Source: Escherichia phage PSD2001. Taken from it: 64,000 nt of DNA. Shown piece by piece: positions 36,322-48,942 of this stretch. Under the pieces are notes generated by a model. It made no database searches. It saw only the letters and a program-made list of their open reading frames with translations, and was not told the DNA's origin. The translations under genes were made by a program, and so were the position numbers. The number at the start of each line of letters is the position of its first letter. Positions within the stretch are counted from its first letter, which is position 1. Location of the stretch: the sequence record OK254198.1. The stretch is one strand, 5' to 3'.

Positions 36322-37318
36322 TTCATCTGTAGTTTATCGTTCGATAATTACCTCGAAATTTCGAACTGAAAAAATGTATAACTTTTATAAAATGATTGGT
36401 AATGAGCCCGACCAGAATACGATGTATGTAACGTTCGGTCGTGCTGAACCCTGGGCTTCGAATGAGAATGACCCGGGGTTCGCCCCTCCTTATCCGGTTG
36501 ACACAGCACAAGGTGTTGAAGATACTTGGACAAATATGATGGGTGCAGTCAAAGTTTATAAGTCAATGCTTGATTGTGTTGTCCCACGTAAAGACTGGGG
36601 CGATATCAGATATCCTAATCCGCTTAACTTCCAGGTAGGGGAAATTGTTGTAGCTAACAGTGCTCCATATAACCGAACTGATGTTGGTAAAGGTTGGATG
36701 GTTTATCGTTGTGTAGACGTTCCTGATGTTGGGACTTGCTCCATTTATTCTATTATCAATAAAGAAGAGTGTTTAAAACTCGGTGGTAAATGGACTGCAG
36801 AATATAACTCGACGAGAGCTCCAGCTGGGACTGGTGATACAGAAGGACGAGTAGATATGGGCGATGGTTATCTCTGGGAATATTTGTATGAGATTCCACC
36901 TGATGTATCCATCAACCGTTGTACTAACGAATATATTGTTGTTCCATGGCCTGAAGAAATCGAAGAAGACCCATCACGTTGGGGCTACAAAGACAATATC
37001 AGCTGGCAACAAGATGATTTCGGTTTAATATACAGAATCAAAGGATATACAATCAGATTTAAAGCATTTATGGATTCCATTTATTTCCCAGAGTTCAGCC
37101 TCCCGGGGAACAAAGGCTTCCGCCAGCTGTCGATTATATCCAACCCACTTGAAGTTAAAGTACATCCTAATGACCCAAATATCAAAGCAATCAAAGAATA
37201 CTACGATGCAATTGATTTGGACCGTCATTCCGGGGAAATGATTTATATGGAAAACCGTCCACCGATTATTCGTGCAATGGACCAGACAGAAGAAGTTAAC
37301 ATTATTTTTGAATTCTAA
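36314..37318 (+). CDS. 8: Baseplate wedge protein gp8
   Basis: 334 aa; order and size as in T4. Confidence 0.9.
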   Translation: MNNSSVVYRSIITSKFRTEKMYNFYKMIGNEPDQNTMYVTFGRAEPWASNENDPGFAPPYPVDTAQGVEDTWTNMMGAVKVYKSMLDCVVPRKDWGDIRYPNPLNFQVGEIVVANSAPYNRTDVGKGWMVYRCVDVPDVGTCSIYSIINKEECLKLGGKWTAEYNSTRAPAGTGDTEGRVDMGDGYLWEYLYEIPPDVSINRCTNEYIVVPWPEEIEEDPSRWGYKDNISWQQDDFGLIYRIKGYTIRFKAFMDSIYFPEFSLPGNKGFRQLSIISNPLEVKVHPNDPNIKAIKEYYDAIDLDRHSGEMIYMENRPPIIRAMDQTEEVNIIFEF

Positions 37319-37321
37319 CAA

Positions 37322-37344
37322 GGGACCTTCGGGTCCCTTTTTTA
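37322..37344 (+). terminator. Intrinsic terminator after gene 8
   Basis: GGGACCTTCGGGTCCC hairpin + TTTTTTAT. Confidence 0.8.
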
Positions 37345-37347
37345 TTC

Positions 37348-37355
37348 TATAAATA
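37348..37355 (+). promoter_or_regulatory. Late promoter TATAAATA (gene 9)
   Basis: Exact T4 late consensus ~28 nt upstream of ATG. Confidence 0.7.
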
Positions 37356-37382
37356 TAGCTATATCAATAACGAGGCTTACCT

Positions 37383-38252
37383 ATGATTAATCAAACCCCA
37401 AAATTATTAGTAGACATCGGCGAGATTGGTAACGCCAGCACCGGTGATATTCTATATGAAGGCGGTCGTAAACTGAACGTGGATTTAGACAGTTTGTATA
37501 ATACATTCGGCGACCAGCGTCTGTACTCTGTGAACAATGGAGAAAACTCCCAGGTACTTCATGCGACTGGCTACTATCAAAAAGCCACAAATATCATCGA
37601 ATGGAACTCGACTGTTGCTCTCGGTTCTATGCGAGATGTCAATACTGCCGAAGGTGTTATCACTGCAAGAATTGCAAAAGGTAAAGCAGGCGAAGGTGTT
37701 ATCTTTATTAACTCCAATGGTTCATTATCCACCTCGATGCCTCTGGAAGTTGAATTACAAGGCACGGATTCATTCCTGACTGCTGCAACGAACAAAATGA
37801 AATTTACTCAGCCTTATACAAAAATTACATTGTGGTGTATTGACGATGCTAACGGTGTAGGGACCTGGGACTACAAAATTGAAAGTATGTTTGGCAACCA
37901 ATCTGTATTGCTCGACAAAACATACAATATGAGCTCGGTTGTTCGTGATATTCCACTTGCTTTCCGCGCAGATTATAAAACTATCAAATTGATGCTGACA
38001 GCTATTTCAACAGACGAAACTAAATACAAAGCATCAGAAATATTACTTTACATCGACCTTAAGGACCGCAAGGTATATAGCACAGAATACGCTGTAATCA
38101 GACGTGGACAAACTAATGAAGAAGATGAGATATATGCCATCGATTTTAGAATTGATAACCAGGATATCATTCAGGCGGCTATAAGCTCACCCACTGCCAT
38201 GAAGCTCGCTATTAAAGTAATTTCCGCCCAAACAATCGGAGTACCGGTATAA
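37383..38252 (+). CDS. 9: Baseplate wedge / long tail-fiber socket gp9
   Basis: 289 aa; order and size. Confidence 0.9.
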   Translation: MINQTPKLLVDIGEIGNASTGDILYEGGRKLNVDLDSLYNTFGDQRLYSVNNGENSQVLHATGYYQKATNIIEWNSTVALGSMRDVNTAEGVITARIAKGKAGEGVIFINSNGSLSTSMPLEVELQGTDSFLTAATNKMKFTQPYTKITLWCIDDANGVGTWDYKIESMFGNQSVLLDKTYNMSSVVRDIPLAFRADYKTIKLMLTAISTDETKYKASEILLYIDLKDRKVYSTEYAVIRRGQTNEEDEIYAIDFRIDNQDIIQAAISSPTAMKLAIKVISAQTIGVPV

Positions 38253-40063
38253 TGAAACAGAATTTAAAAATTGGCAATATGGTTGATGATGGTACTGGTG
38301 ATTACCTTCGTCTCGGCGGTCAAAAAATAAACAATAACTTTGACGACCTTTATTATCAGCTGGGTGACGGTGAAAATCCTCATGCGGCTGGTGCATGGAA
38401 AACTTGGACTACACAAGAAGGCACCGAGTTGTCTGCTGTTATGGGTCGAAGCTATACTATCGATACATCAGCCGGTGCGGTTCGAGTCGTCCTCCCGAAA
38501 GGAACAACTCAAGAATACAATTATGTAATTCGATTGCGTGATGTGTTTGCTACCTGGCAAATCAACCCGGTGACAATTGTTCCTGCAGTCGGGGATACGA
38601 TTAAAGGCTCACCAAATCCAGTAGAAATTAAACGCAACTTAGCTGACCTTGAACTTGTATATTGTTCACCAGGTCGTTGGGAATATATCGATAATAAACA
38701 AGTCGATAAAATTTCAAATAACGACGTTGCTACGGTTGCATCCCAACAGTTTATTGCTACCGAAGGGCAAACTGACTTTATCAATGTGTTTGGTGCTATT
38801 CCGTATAGCGTATCGAACTTAGAAGTCAAACATCGTGGTAACGACCTGTTTTATGGTAAAGATGATATTTTCGACCCGGTGAATGCTGAATTTGGTTCCC
38901 CTGGTGCAAACCCTGGTGAAATCGTTGCGCTTGATGGTAAAAGCATCCGTCTGAAAATGCCATGTGCTGAAGGTGATACTGTTATCATCCGAACATTTAA
39001 TGATGGTATTGCTCAATGGCGTAGTTCGTATAATCGTCGTGATATACTTGTTCGTAGTCAAGACAGGGCCAAAGAAACAACAATTAATGGCTCTTTGATT
39101 GTTACGGATTTGACAACCAAACACACCTTTACAATTGAAGAACTTGGTATTTCTCCGGGTAGCCCAATTAACCCAAACGCATGTCAGGTATTCATTAACA
39201 GTATTTTACAACACCAAGCCGGGACCGCAGGAACTCCAGTATTTTATTGCGAAGGTGCACAAGGTTCTACTGCTGCAGAATGTAGTGCAAATGGTGGTAG
39301 CTGGTCTGAATCGACCCAGGATTATTTGCTGCAATTTGATGATGATAACCGTATCGAAGGCATTAGCATTTATCGTGAATTTGAAGACGGTGATATTCTG
39401 TCGGTCATTTGGTACAATAACGATATCGGCACAACTATGACCATGGATGAAATCCGTGATGAGACTGATACTCTTTATGTTTCTCAGGGAAATACATTGA
39501 GCCTAACCGGTCGTGTGCGTATCACAGATTTTGATAATCCGTTTGCACCAAACGTTGAACCAGTCGGTCTTCAGGAAGTTGTTCCATCTTCTGTTGGCGC
39601 TATCTTTGAATTATTCTATCCGGTTGGCACAATTTACGAAAATACGGTTAACCCGAATAACCCGGTTACTTATATGGGATTCGGTTCATGGAAACGTTTG
39701 AAAGAACGTGTAATCGTTGCCTGGTCTGATGACCCTGCCTCAAACTTCCATACAAACAATAATGACCTGGATTCTGGTGGTAACCCACAAGCGACAGCGG
39801 GTGGCACAGGTGGTAGTGTTGAAGTTCATATTAAAGATATAAATGTACCTAAACTTGAAACCGATGAGAAAGTATTAGTTGTTGATGATAATGGTCCGAT
39901 TGTTGTCGGCGGTTGTCAGGTAGACCCAGATGCACAAGGTCCAGCCTATACCAAATACAGAGAAGACAAAGTCACTATTAATCAGGCACAAGACCCTCAA
40001 GCTCAACCGGTTTATACAATGCCTCCATATTTGATTGCTCATCGCTGGGTAAGGATTGCTTAA
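38252..40063 (+). CDS. 10: Baseplate wedge protein gp10
   Basis: 603 aa; order and size. Confidence 0.9.
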   Translation: MKQNLKIGNMVDDGTGDYLRLGGQKINNNFDDLYYQLGDGENPHAAGAWKTWTTQEGTELSAVMGRSYTIDTSAGAVRVVLPKGTTQEYNYVIRLRDVFATWQINPVTIVPAVGDTIKGSPNPVEIKRNLADLELVYCSPGRWEYIDNKQVDKISNNDVATVASQQFIATEGQTDFINVFGAIPYSVSNLEVKHRGNDLFYGKDDIFDPVNAEFGSPGANPGEIVALDGKSIRLKMPCAEGDTVIIRTFNDGIAQWRSSYNRRDILVRSQDRAKETTINGSLIVTDLTTKHTFTIEELGISPGSPINPNACQVFINSILQHQAGTAGTPVFYCEGAQGSTAAECSANGGSWSESTQDYLLQFDDDNRIEGISIYREFEDGDILSVIWYNNDIGTTMTMDEIRDETDTLYVSQGNTLSLTGRVRITDFDNPFAPNVEPVGLQEVVPSSVGAIFELFYPVGTIYENTVNPNNPVTYMGFGSWKRLKERVIVAWSDDPASNFHTNNNDLDSGGNPQATAGGTGGSVEVHIKDINVPKLETDEKVLVVDDNGPIVVGGCQVDPDAQGPAYTKYREDKVTINQAQDPQAQPVYTMPPYLIAHRWVRIA

Positions 40064-40728
40064 TGAAAACATTAACGAATAAAAAGGCTGGAGTAATTTC
40101 CCGCCTTGCTAGTTACTTAGAATTTCAAAATACATCAAAAAATATTACGGCTGTCATGGGTCAACGAGCAATCGGCGGCCCATCCGCAACACAAACAACC
40201 GAGGGTATTTTTTATCCAACAGTTCAGAGCGCAATAGATGATATTGCGTTTCGATATGAGCTTCCGGTTGGCAGTGTAATTACTAATACGAATAACCTTT
40301 CTCCTGCAGCAATCAGCCAGTCGGATAAAATTAAATTTACCGGGTCTATTTCTGGTGCTGGGGTTGGTGATACTGTTTTGTTTTTCATTTTTGGTATTCC
40401 AGTTGAGGTTATTGTCGGGGATTCGGCTGTATTAGTTGCTTCCAAGGTTAACGATGCTTTGCTGACGGCTGTTGCTGATAGCTTAATCGTGTCAAGCTCT
40501 GCAATTGATAGTGTGGACCAGTCTATATTAAATATTACATATAACGACTACCAAAACCATAATTTTGCACCTTTTGCTCAATATGGTTGTACGCTTAGCC
40601 AGACTATTACACAGCAACCGCGCGGTGGTTATGGTTCCTGGGAATATCTTGGAACTTCAACCCAGACATTATCAGGTGGCACAGCAAATGGCGCAATTTC
40701 ACTTTACCATTATAAGCGAGTATCGTAA
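40063..40728 (+). CDS. 11: Baseplate wedge protein gp11 (short tail-fiber attachment)
   Basis: 221 aa; 'KAGVISRLA' N-terminus as in T4 gp11. Confidence 0.9.
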   Translation: MKTLTNKKAGVISRLASYLEFQNTSKNITAVMGQRAIGGPSATQTTEGIFYPTVQSAIDDIAFRYELPVGSVITNTNNLSPAAISQSDKIKFTGSISGAGVGDTVLFFIFGIPVEVIVGDSAVLVASKVNDALLTAVADSLIVSSSAIDSVDQSILNITYNDYQNHNFAPFAQYGCTLSQTITQQPRGGYGSWEYLGTSTQTLSGGTANGAISLYHYKRVS

Positions 40729-42278
40729 TGACAACGACTAACACGCTAAAACACATTAGCGATAAATCCGAATATAAAACATTCGACCCGACGGGAACAG
40801 CTTTCCCGTCGACTGTTACCAACGTACAAGAGGCTTTAGGGTCTCTTAATAAAATTGCGTTAGATGGATATATCCCAGCCTCTTCCGAAACGACCGCAGG
40901 GCTCATCAGACTAGCCACCACACAAGAAGTTATTGATGGTATTAGTCCAGACTCTGCAGTTACTCCAGCGACCTTAAAAGCTCGTTTAGACATCCCTACG
41001 CAAGCCACAGAAACTTATGTCGGTATTACCCGTTATGCAACTAATGCCGAAGCAATTGCCGGAACAGTAACCGATGCGGCTATTGTTCCATCTTCATTAA
41101 AAGCAACAATTGATGATGTTTTTACTGTTCGTGTCGGTACTGAAAATAACCTGGGTGTTCTTCGTATTAGTACCGAGGATGCAGCTTTAGCTGGTACAGA
41201 TGATACAACCGCTATGTCTCCGTTGAAAGTTGCTCTGGCAATTGGCAAAGCAACAGCAGCTCTTCCGACTTATTCAACTGCCACACAAACTGTTTCTGGT
41301 TTAGTACGAATTGCTACAAATGCTGAAGTGCAAGCAGGAACCCTGGGCGACGGTGTAGCAATTTCTCCGGCAGGTTTAAATGCTCGCACAGCAACACAAG
41401 ACCGCACAGGGATTATTCGTCTGGGCAACCAGTCAGAGATTAATAACAGTGCTGATGGTGTTGCAGTAACTGGCGCAACTCTTAATGGTCGTGGTGCTAC
41501 AACCGATATTCGTGGCGTTGTTAGATTAACTACTCAGGCTGGGGTTGCTCCTGGTGGTGATGGTGCCGGTGCACTGGCTTGGAACGCAGATGTAATCAAC
41601 ACTCGCGGTGGTCAACGAATTAATGGAAGTCTTTCTTTAGATTATATTTCCACCGGCAATTTTGATTCCAATACAGCTCATATGGGCGGTCAATTACTTT
41701 CGACACAGCGTTATGCTTCTGAACGGGTTCCAGTTGGAACGGTGATGATGTTCGCAGGTGATAGTGCTCCTCCTGGCTGGATTATGTGTCATGGTGGCAC
41801 CGTTAATGGTGACCAATTCCCTGACTATCGAAATACTGTTGGAACTCGTTTCGGTGGCGATTGGACCAACGTCGGTATTCCTGATATGCGTGGTTTGTTT
41901 GTTCGTGGTGCTGGTACCGGTGGACATATTCTGAATAACCGCGGTCAAGATGGTTATGGCAAAGACCGTTTGGGTGTTGGTTGTGATGGTTCATGGGTCG
42001 GTGGTGTACAAGCTCAGCAAATGTCATATCATAAACACGCGGGTGGTTGGGGTGAATACCAACGTAACGAAGCCCCATTTGGTGCATCAGTTTATCAGGG
42101 TTATCTGGGCACAAGAAAATATGCAGACTGGGATAACGCTTCATATTTTACTAACGATGGATTTGAACTCGGTGGCGGCAGAGATGCTTTAGGTACGTTA
42201 AACCGTGAAGGTCTTATTGGTTATGAAACTCGCCCATGGAATATGTCTTTAAACTATATTATCAAAATTCATTACTAA
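40728..42278 (+). CDS. 12: Short tail fiber gp12
   Basis: 516 aa; 'IGYETRPWNMSLNYIIKI' C-terminus and repeated ...AIAG... units as in T4 gp12. Confidence 0.92.
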   Translation: MTTTNTLKHISDKSEYKTFDPTGTAFPSTVTNVQEALGSLNKIALDGYIPASSETTAGLIRLATTQEVIDGISPDSAVTPATLKARLDIPTQATETYVGITRYATNAEAIAGTVTDAAIVPSSLKATIDDVFTVRVGTENNLGVLRISTEDAALAGTDDTTAMSPLKVALAIGKATAALPTYSTATQTVSGLVRIATNAEVQAGTLGDGVAISPAGLNARTATQDRTGIIRLGNQSEINNSADGVAVTGATLNGRGATTDIRGVVRLTTQAGVAPGGDGAGALAWNADVINTRGGQRINGSLSLDYISTGNFDSNTAHMGGQLLSTQRYASERVPVGTVMMFAGDSAPPGWIMCHGGTVNGDQFPDYRNTVGTRFGGDWTNVGIPDMRGLFVRGAGTGGHILNNRGQDGYGKDRLGVGCDGSWVGGVQAQQMSYHKHAGGWGEYQRNEAPFGASVYQGYLGTRKYADWDNASYFTNDGFELGGGRDALGTLNREGLIGYETRPWNMSLNYIIKIHY

Positions 42279-42286
42279 GGACCAAA

Positions 42287-43912
42287 ATGATTAATAAACT
42301 CAGTCTCAAAGAACTGCCGTATAGCATCGGTATTCCAGACGAAGGTCAACAGAGAATTCGTTGGATACAAAACGGCGATTGTATGACTGCGGCCAGTACC
42401 AAATATGGTTATGATGGTAATTTGAACGCCGCTGCAGTTGGCGTTCAAACAAACGTAGATACACTCGACGACAACTCAAATGCATCTAAAGAAAAAATCA
42501 ACGAAATTATTGATAATGTCAATAATATTCAGGAAGCTTTGGATATAACAACTAACACAGAAGTTGTTAAACAAATTGAAAAAAACCGTACGGACATTCT
42601 TGACCTTGATGAACGTCAATTTAATACCGAATTGCTGTCAAGTGAAACATCCGAAGGTCTTAAAACGTTAAAAGAAGATGTTGGTGCTTATGACCCGTTA
42701 ACCGATTCATATTATCGCACAGTTCGTAATGACCTCGTATGGATTAAAAATGAATTAGGCCAGTATGTTGACCAAGATATAAATGGTCTCCAGGTTATCG
42801 ACAATCCGTCAAAAGGCATGAAACGCCGCATCATCGATAACAGTTCGGCTATTGTTGCTCATGGAGTTCGTATTAAGACTCTTGAAGATAACTATCATGA
42901 TTCTGATGTTGGTTCTCTTAACATAAAAGTAATTAAAATTCGTGAAGAATTAGGTGAGTCTACTTTAGCAACAGGTAAACCGGCTGTATTTGTTAGACTG
43001 AATACTCTTGATGGTAAAGCGGTCGAAATTGATGAAGATATTACCAACATTCAAGAAGCTATTGGTTTTGGTACAGGGATTGCAATCACAACTCGCGTTG
43101 AAAATCTTGGTGGACGTGTTTCGGTCAATGAAACAGATATTGCGAATATCAAACCAAGACTTGCTAAGGTTGAAGCTGATATCGGCACCGCTCTGGAACC
43201 ATTAACAATTAATGGTCGAATCAGTGCTTTGCGCTCGGATGTTAATGGCTTACAGGTTGTTGTTGGTCAGGATTCAAGCTCTGGTTTACGCGGAACCACT
43301 GCATGGCTTTCTCAGAGAATTGGTACAGAGCAATCTCCGGAGCCAAACACTATCACGTATAAGTTGAATGCGACCACTACACTGGCTAATGAAACCGCAT
43401 CAGGTCTTCAGGATGTACAAGCCGAAATCGGTACAAATAACACTGGTATGAAAGGTTCTATTTTGACTTTAACTAGTCAGATGAACGGAACTAACCCTAA
43501 CGGTGCTACCGTGGCTGAACGTGGTGTTCTTCCGGTTGTAATTAACTTGGATATGCTGATGGCGTCCAAGCTGAACGATGCACCATTGGACAATAAGTTA
43601 TATGGTCGCAAGCAAGGAACCTGGACTGAAATTATCGATACCAAAACCGAGATTGATGCAATTAAACTCGATACTGCGAAAATTGCACCATTAACCACTC
43701 GCGTGACAACCCTTGAAGGTACAGTAACTCCGCTCCCTGGTCGCCTGGATGCGGCCGAGGCGAAGATAACTACTTTAGAAGGTAAAGTATCAGCCTTAGA
43801 AACAGAGCTCGCCAAAAGGCCTCCTGTCGCTCCTGCAGCTGATGGTCTCCCTTATGTGCTCGTTGATAATGCATGGGTTCTTTTGTCTACATTCGTGACT
43901 GTTGGACCATAA
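42287..43912 (+). CDS. wac: Fibritin (whisker) Wac
   Basis: 541 aa from ATG with SD AAGGACC; coiled-coil repeats; C-terminal foldon-like 'GLPYVLVDNAWVLLSTFV'. Confidence 0.88.
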   Translation: MINKLSLKELPYSIGIPDEGQQRIRWIQNGDCMTAASTKYGYDGNLNAAAVGVQTNVDTLDDNSNASKEKINEIIDNVNNIQEALDITTNTEVVKQIEKNRTDILDLDERQFNTELLSSETSEGLKTLKEDVGAYDPLTDSYYRTVRNDLVWIKNELGQYVDQDINGLQVIDNPSKGMKRRIIDNSSAIVAHGVRIKTLEDNYHDSDVGSLNIKVIKIREELGESTLATGKPAVFVRLNTLDGKAVEIDEDITNIQEAIGFGTGIAITTRVENLGGRVSVNETDIANIKPRLAKVEADIGTALEPLTINGRISALRSDVNGLQVVVGQDSSSGLRGTTAWLSQRIGTEQSPEPNTITYKLNATTTLANETASGLQDVQAEIGTNNTGMKGSILTLTSQMNGTNPNGATVAERGVLPVVINLDMLMASKLNDAPLDNKLYGRKQGTWTEIIDTKTEIDAIKLDTAKIAPLTTRVTTLEGTVTPLPGRLDAAEAKITTLEGKVSALETELAKRPPVAPAADGLPYVLVDNAWVLLSTFVTVGP

Positions 43913-43914
43913 CA

Positions 43915-43935
43915 AAAGGGCTTCGGCCCTTTTTT
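43915..43935 (+). terminator. Intrinsic terminator after wac
   Basis: AAGGGCTTCGGCCCTT hairpin + TTTTT. Confidence 0.8.
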
Positions 43936-43937
43936 CG

Positions 43938-43945
43938 TATAAATA
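43938..43945 (+). promoter_or_regulatory. Late promoter TATAAATA (gene 13)
   Basis: Exact consensus 19 nt upstream of ATG. Confidence 0.7.
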
Positions 43946-43963
43946 CAGTAAAGAGGAAAACAT

Positions 43964-44902
43964 ATGGCAACTGAATCATACAACCCGAAACAATTAAAAG
44001 ATGCAATCCTTCGTCGTCTTGGTGCTCCAATCACGAATATCGAAGTTACAACCGAACAGGTTTATGATTGCATCCAGCGCGCATTAGAATTATATGGTGA
44101 ATATCATTATAATGGTTATAACAAAGGTTATCAGGCTTTTTATATCGGTCATGATGAAGTTTCACAACAGAAATTCCGTGATGGTGTTTTCGATTTAAAA
44201 GGACGTAATATTTTTGCAGTAACGCAGATTATTCGTACTAACGTCGGTTCATTAACTTCGATGGACGGACAAGCCACATATCCGTGGTTCACAGATTTTG
44301 TTCTGGGGCTGGCCGGGATTAACGGTGGAATGGGTAGCTCATGTAACAGCTTTGGTCCAAATGCTTTTGGTGCGGACCTTGGTTATTTTACACAGCTTAT
44401 GCAATACCGTTCAATGATGCAAGACCTGATGGTTCCGCTGCCAGATTACTGGTATAATGACGATACCGAACAACTTAAAATTATGGGCAACTTCCGCCAG
44501 GGAGATGTGATTGTAATTGAAGTTTATACCAAATCGTATAACGGTGTGGATTCAATGGTAGGCAATACAGCTGGCTATGGTTTTGCTTCAGCCGATTGTG
44601 ATAATCCGTGGAATGCTGGCGCACAGTGGGATAACCCAGCGCGCAGAATAAGCGGTATGAGAGCCGGTGAGGACCTTGGACTTCAAGATGGTGCATACAA
44701 CAACCGTTGGGTGAAAGACTATGCCACAGCGCTCGTTAAGGAAGTTAACGGCAACGTATTGGCTAAACACCAGGGAATGATGATGCCAGGTGGCGTCACA
44801 GTTGATGGTGTTCGTTTAATTGAAGAAGCTCGTATGGAAAAAGAACGTCTTCGTGAAGAACTTGACCTGCTGGATGCACCGACTCCTATATTGGTGGGCT
44901 AA
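43964..44902 (+). CDS. 13: Neck protein gp13
   Basis: 312 aa; order and size. Confidence 0.9.
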   Translation: MATESYNPKQLKDAILRRLGAPITNIEVTTEQVYDCIQRALELYGEYHYNGYNKGYQAFYIGHDEVSQQKFRDGVFDLKGRNIFAVTQIIRTNVGSLTSMDGQATYPWFTDFVLGLAGINGGMGSSCNSFGPNAFGADLGYFTQLMQYRSMMQDLMVPLPDYWYNDDTEQLKIMGNFRQGDVIVIEVYTKSYNGVDSMVGNTAGYGFASADCDNPWNAGAQWDNPARRISGMRAGEDLGLQDGAYNNRWVKDYATALVKEVNGNVLAKHQGMMMPGGVTVDGVRLIEEARMEKERLREELDLLDAPTPILVG

Positions 44903-45687
44903 TGGCTACTTATGACTCAAGATTATTCGCCCGGCTCGAAGACGGGACCGGGTATGACAATACTAATGCTACAGAGATATTAAACCCTTATGTAAACTTT
45001 ATGCATCATGAAAATACCCAGACTTTAGCTGATGCTATTGTTGCCGAAAGTATTCAGATGCGCGGAATGTCTCTCTATTATATCCCAAGACAATTCGTTA
45101 AGCCGGATTTGTTATTCGGTGAAGACCTCCAGAGTAAATTTGATAAAGCATGGAAATTTGCAGGTTATCTGGATACGTTTGATGCATATCAGGGTGATGG
45201 TTCTATCTTTAGTAAATGGGGTATGTCTGTGAACGATGAAATCACAATATCGATTAACCCTAATCTGTTTAAACATCAATGCAACGGAACCGAACCTATT
45301 GCCGGGGATTTGATTTATTTCCCTCTTGATAACAGTCTGTTCGAAATTACATGGGTGCAACCTTACGACCCATTCTATCAGGTAGGTCAAAACGCCATTC
45401 GTAAAATCACCGCGAGCAAATACATTTACTCCGGGGAAGAACTTAAACCTGAATTGCAACGGAATGAAGGTATTAATATTTCAGAATTCAGCGAGCTCGA
45501 TTTACAACCAATCCACAATATCGATGGCCTTACAGATATCAGCGATATCCCTTATGCAGAATCTGATGAGATTAACGCAGAAGCAGCTGAATATGTTAAA
45601 CCATATTTTGTGCAGAATGGCCGTGGACTTGAGGCTCCTCCGAAGGCAAAACAGGATAGCTTTGACGATAGTTTCTTTGATGAATAA
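44902..45687 (+). CDS. 14: Neck protein gp14
   Basis: 261 aa; order and size. Confidence 0.9.
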   Translation: MATYDSRLFARLEDGTGYDNTNATEILNPYVNFMHHENTQTLADAIVAESIQMRGMSLYYIPRQFVKPDLLFGEDLQSKFDKAWKFAGYLDTFDAYQGDGSIFSKWGMSVNDEITISINPNLFKHQCNGTEPIAGDLIYFPLDNSLFEITWVQPYDPFYQVGQNAIRKITASKYIYSGEELKPELQRNEGINISEFSELDLQPIHNIDGLTDISDIPYAESDEINAEAAEYVKPYFVQNGRGLEAPPKAKQDSFDDSFFDE

Positions 45688-45730
45688 ATACATTTATTAA
45701 TGCGCCCGAATTGGGCGCCTGGAGGTTACT

Positions 45731-46602
45731 TTGTTTGGGCATTTTTATAATTCGTCTCTGCGTCGCTATATCGTTTTAATGGGCGATTTATTTTCCCATG
45801 TACAAGTGGCCAGAACCAGAGAAGACACTGGACTTAAATATATTAAGGTCCCTATTTCTTATGCTTCAAAAGAAAAATTCATGATGCAGCTTGGAAAATG
45901 GACCGCTATTCAGAATACACCTACTCCTGACATGACACCGCAAGAACGTGCTGCTCAGAAGGCTAAAATCGAGACCGTATTGCCCCGTATGAACCTACAT
46001 ATGGTTGACTTGATGTATAACGGGCAATATAAAACGGCTCTCCAGAATCACACACAGGCGCGATTTGCTAATAACGACCCTCGCAAGCAGATATCTCAAT
46101 ATTCTCCGGTGCCGGTCAAAATGATTTTCGAGCTTGGAATATATACAAGGCATCAAGATGATATGTTCCAGATTATCGAACAAATCATGCCTTACTTCCA
46201 GCCACATTTTAATACAACCATCACCGAACTTTATACGAATGAAATTACGTTCGAACGTGATATAAGAATCGTGCTTCAGTCCATTGCTATGGATGAGCAA
46301 ATTGAAGGTGATGCAATGACTCGCCGTAGACTCGAATGGTCCATTATGTTCGAAGTCAACGGTTGGTTGTATCCACCGGTTAAGGAAGTGGCCGGGGAAA
46401 TCCGTACTATCTATCTTGACTTCTTTGCAAATTCCAGAGAGCTTGCACCGGAAGGTAATTTCGAATCTGTTGACTCGGAAGCCGTTCCACGAGACGTCGA
46501 CCAAGAAGACTGGCAAGGTGAATCTGTTCAAACCTACTCGCAGGATATTCCTGTACCGGTTGACCCAGCACCGTCAGCCCCAAGAAAAAATAGGGTACCA
46601 CT

Positions 46603-46606
<4 letters not shown>
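45731..46606 (+). CDS. 15: Tail sheath stabiliser / completion protein gp15
   Basis: '[13 protein letters not shown]...[19 protein letters not shown]' as in T4 gp15. Confidence 0.9.
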
Positions 46607-48913
<2,307 letters not shown>

Positions 48914-48942
48914 AAGTAAAGCAAACTATTAGAGGACTCAAA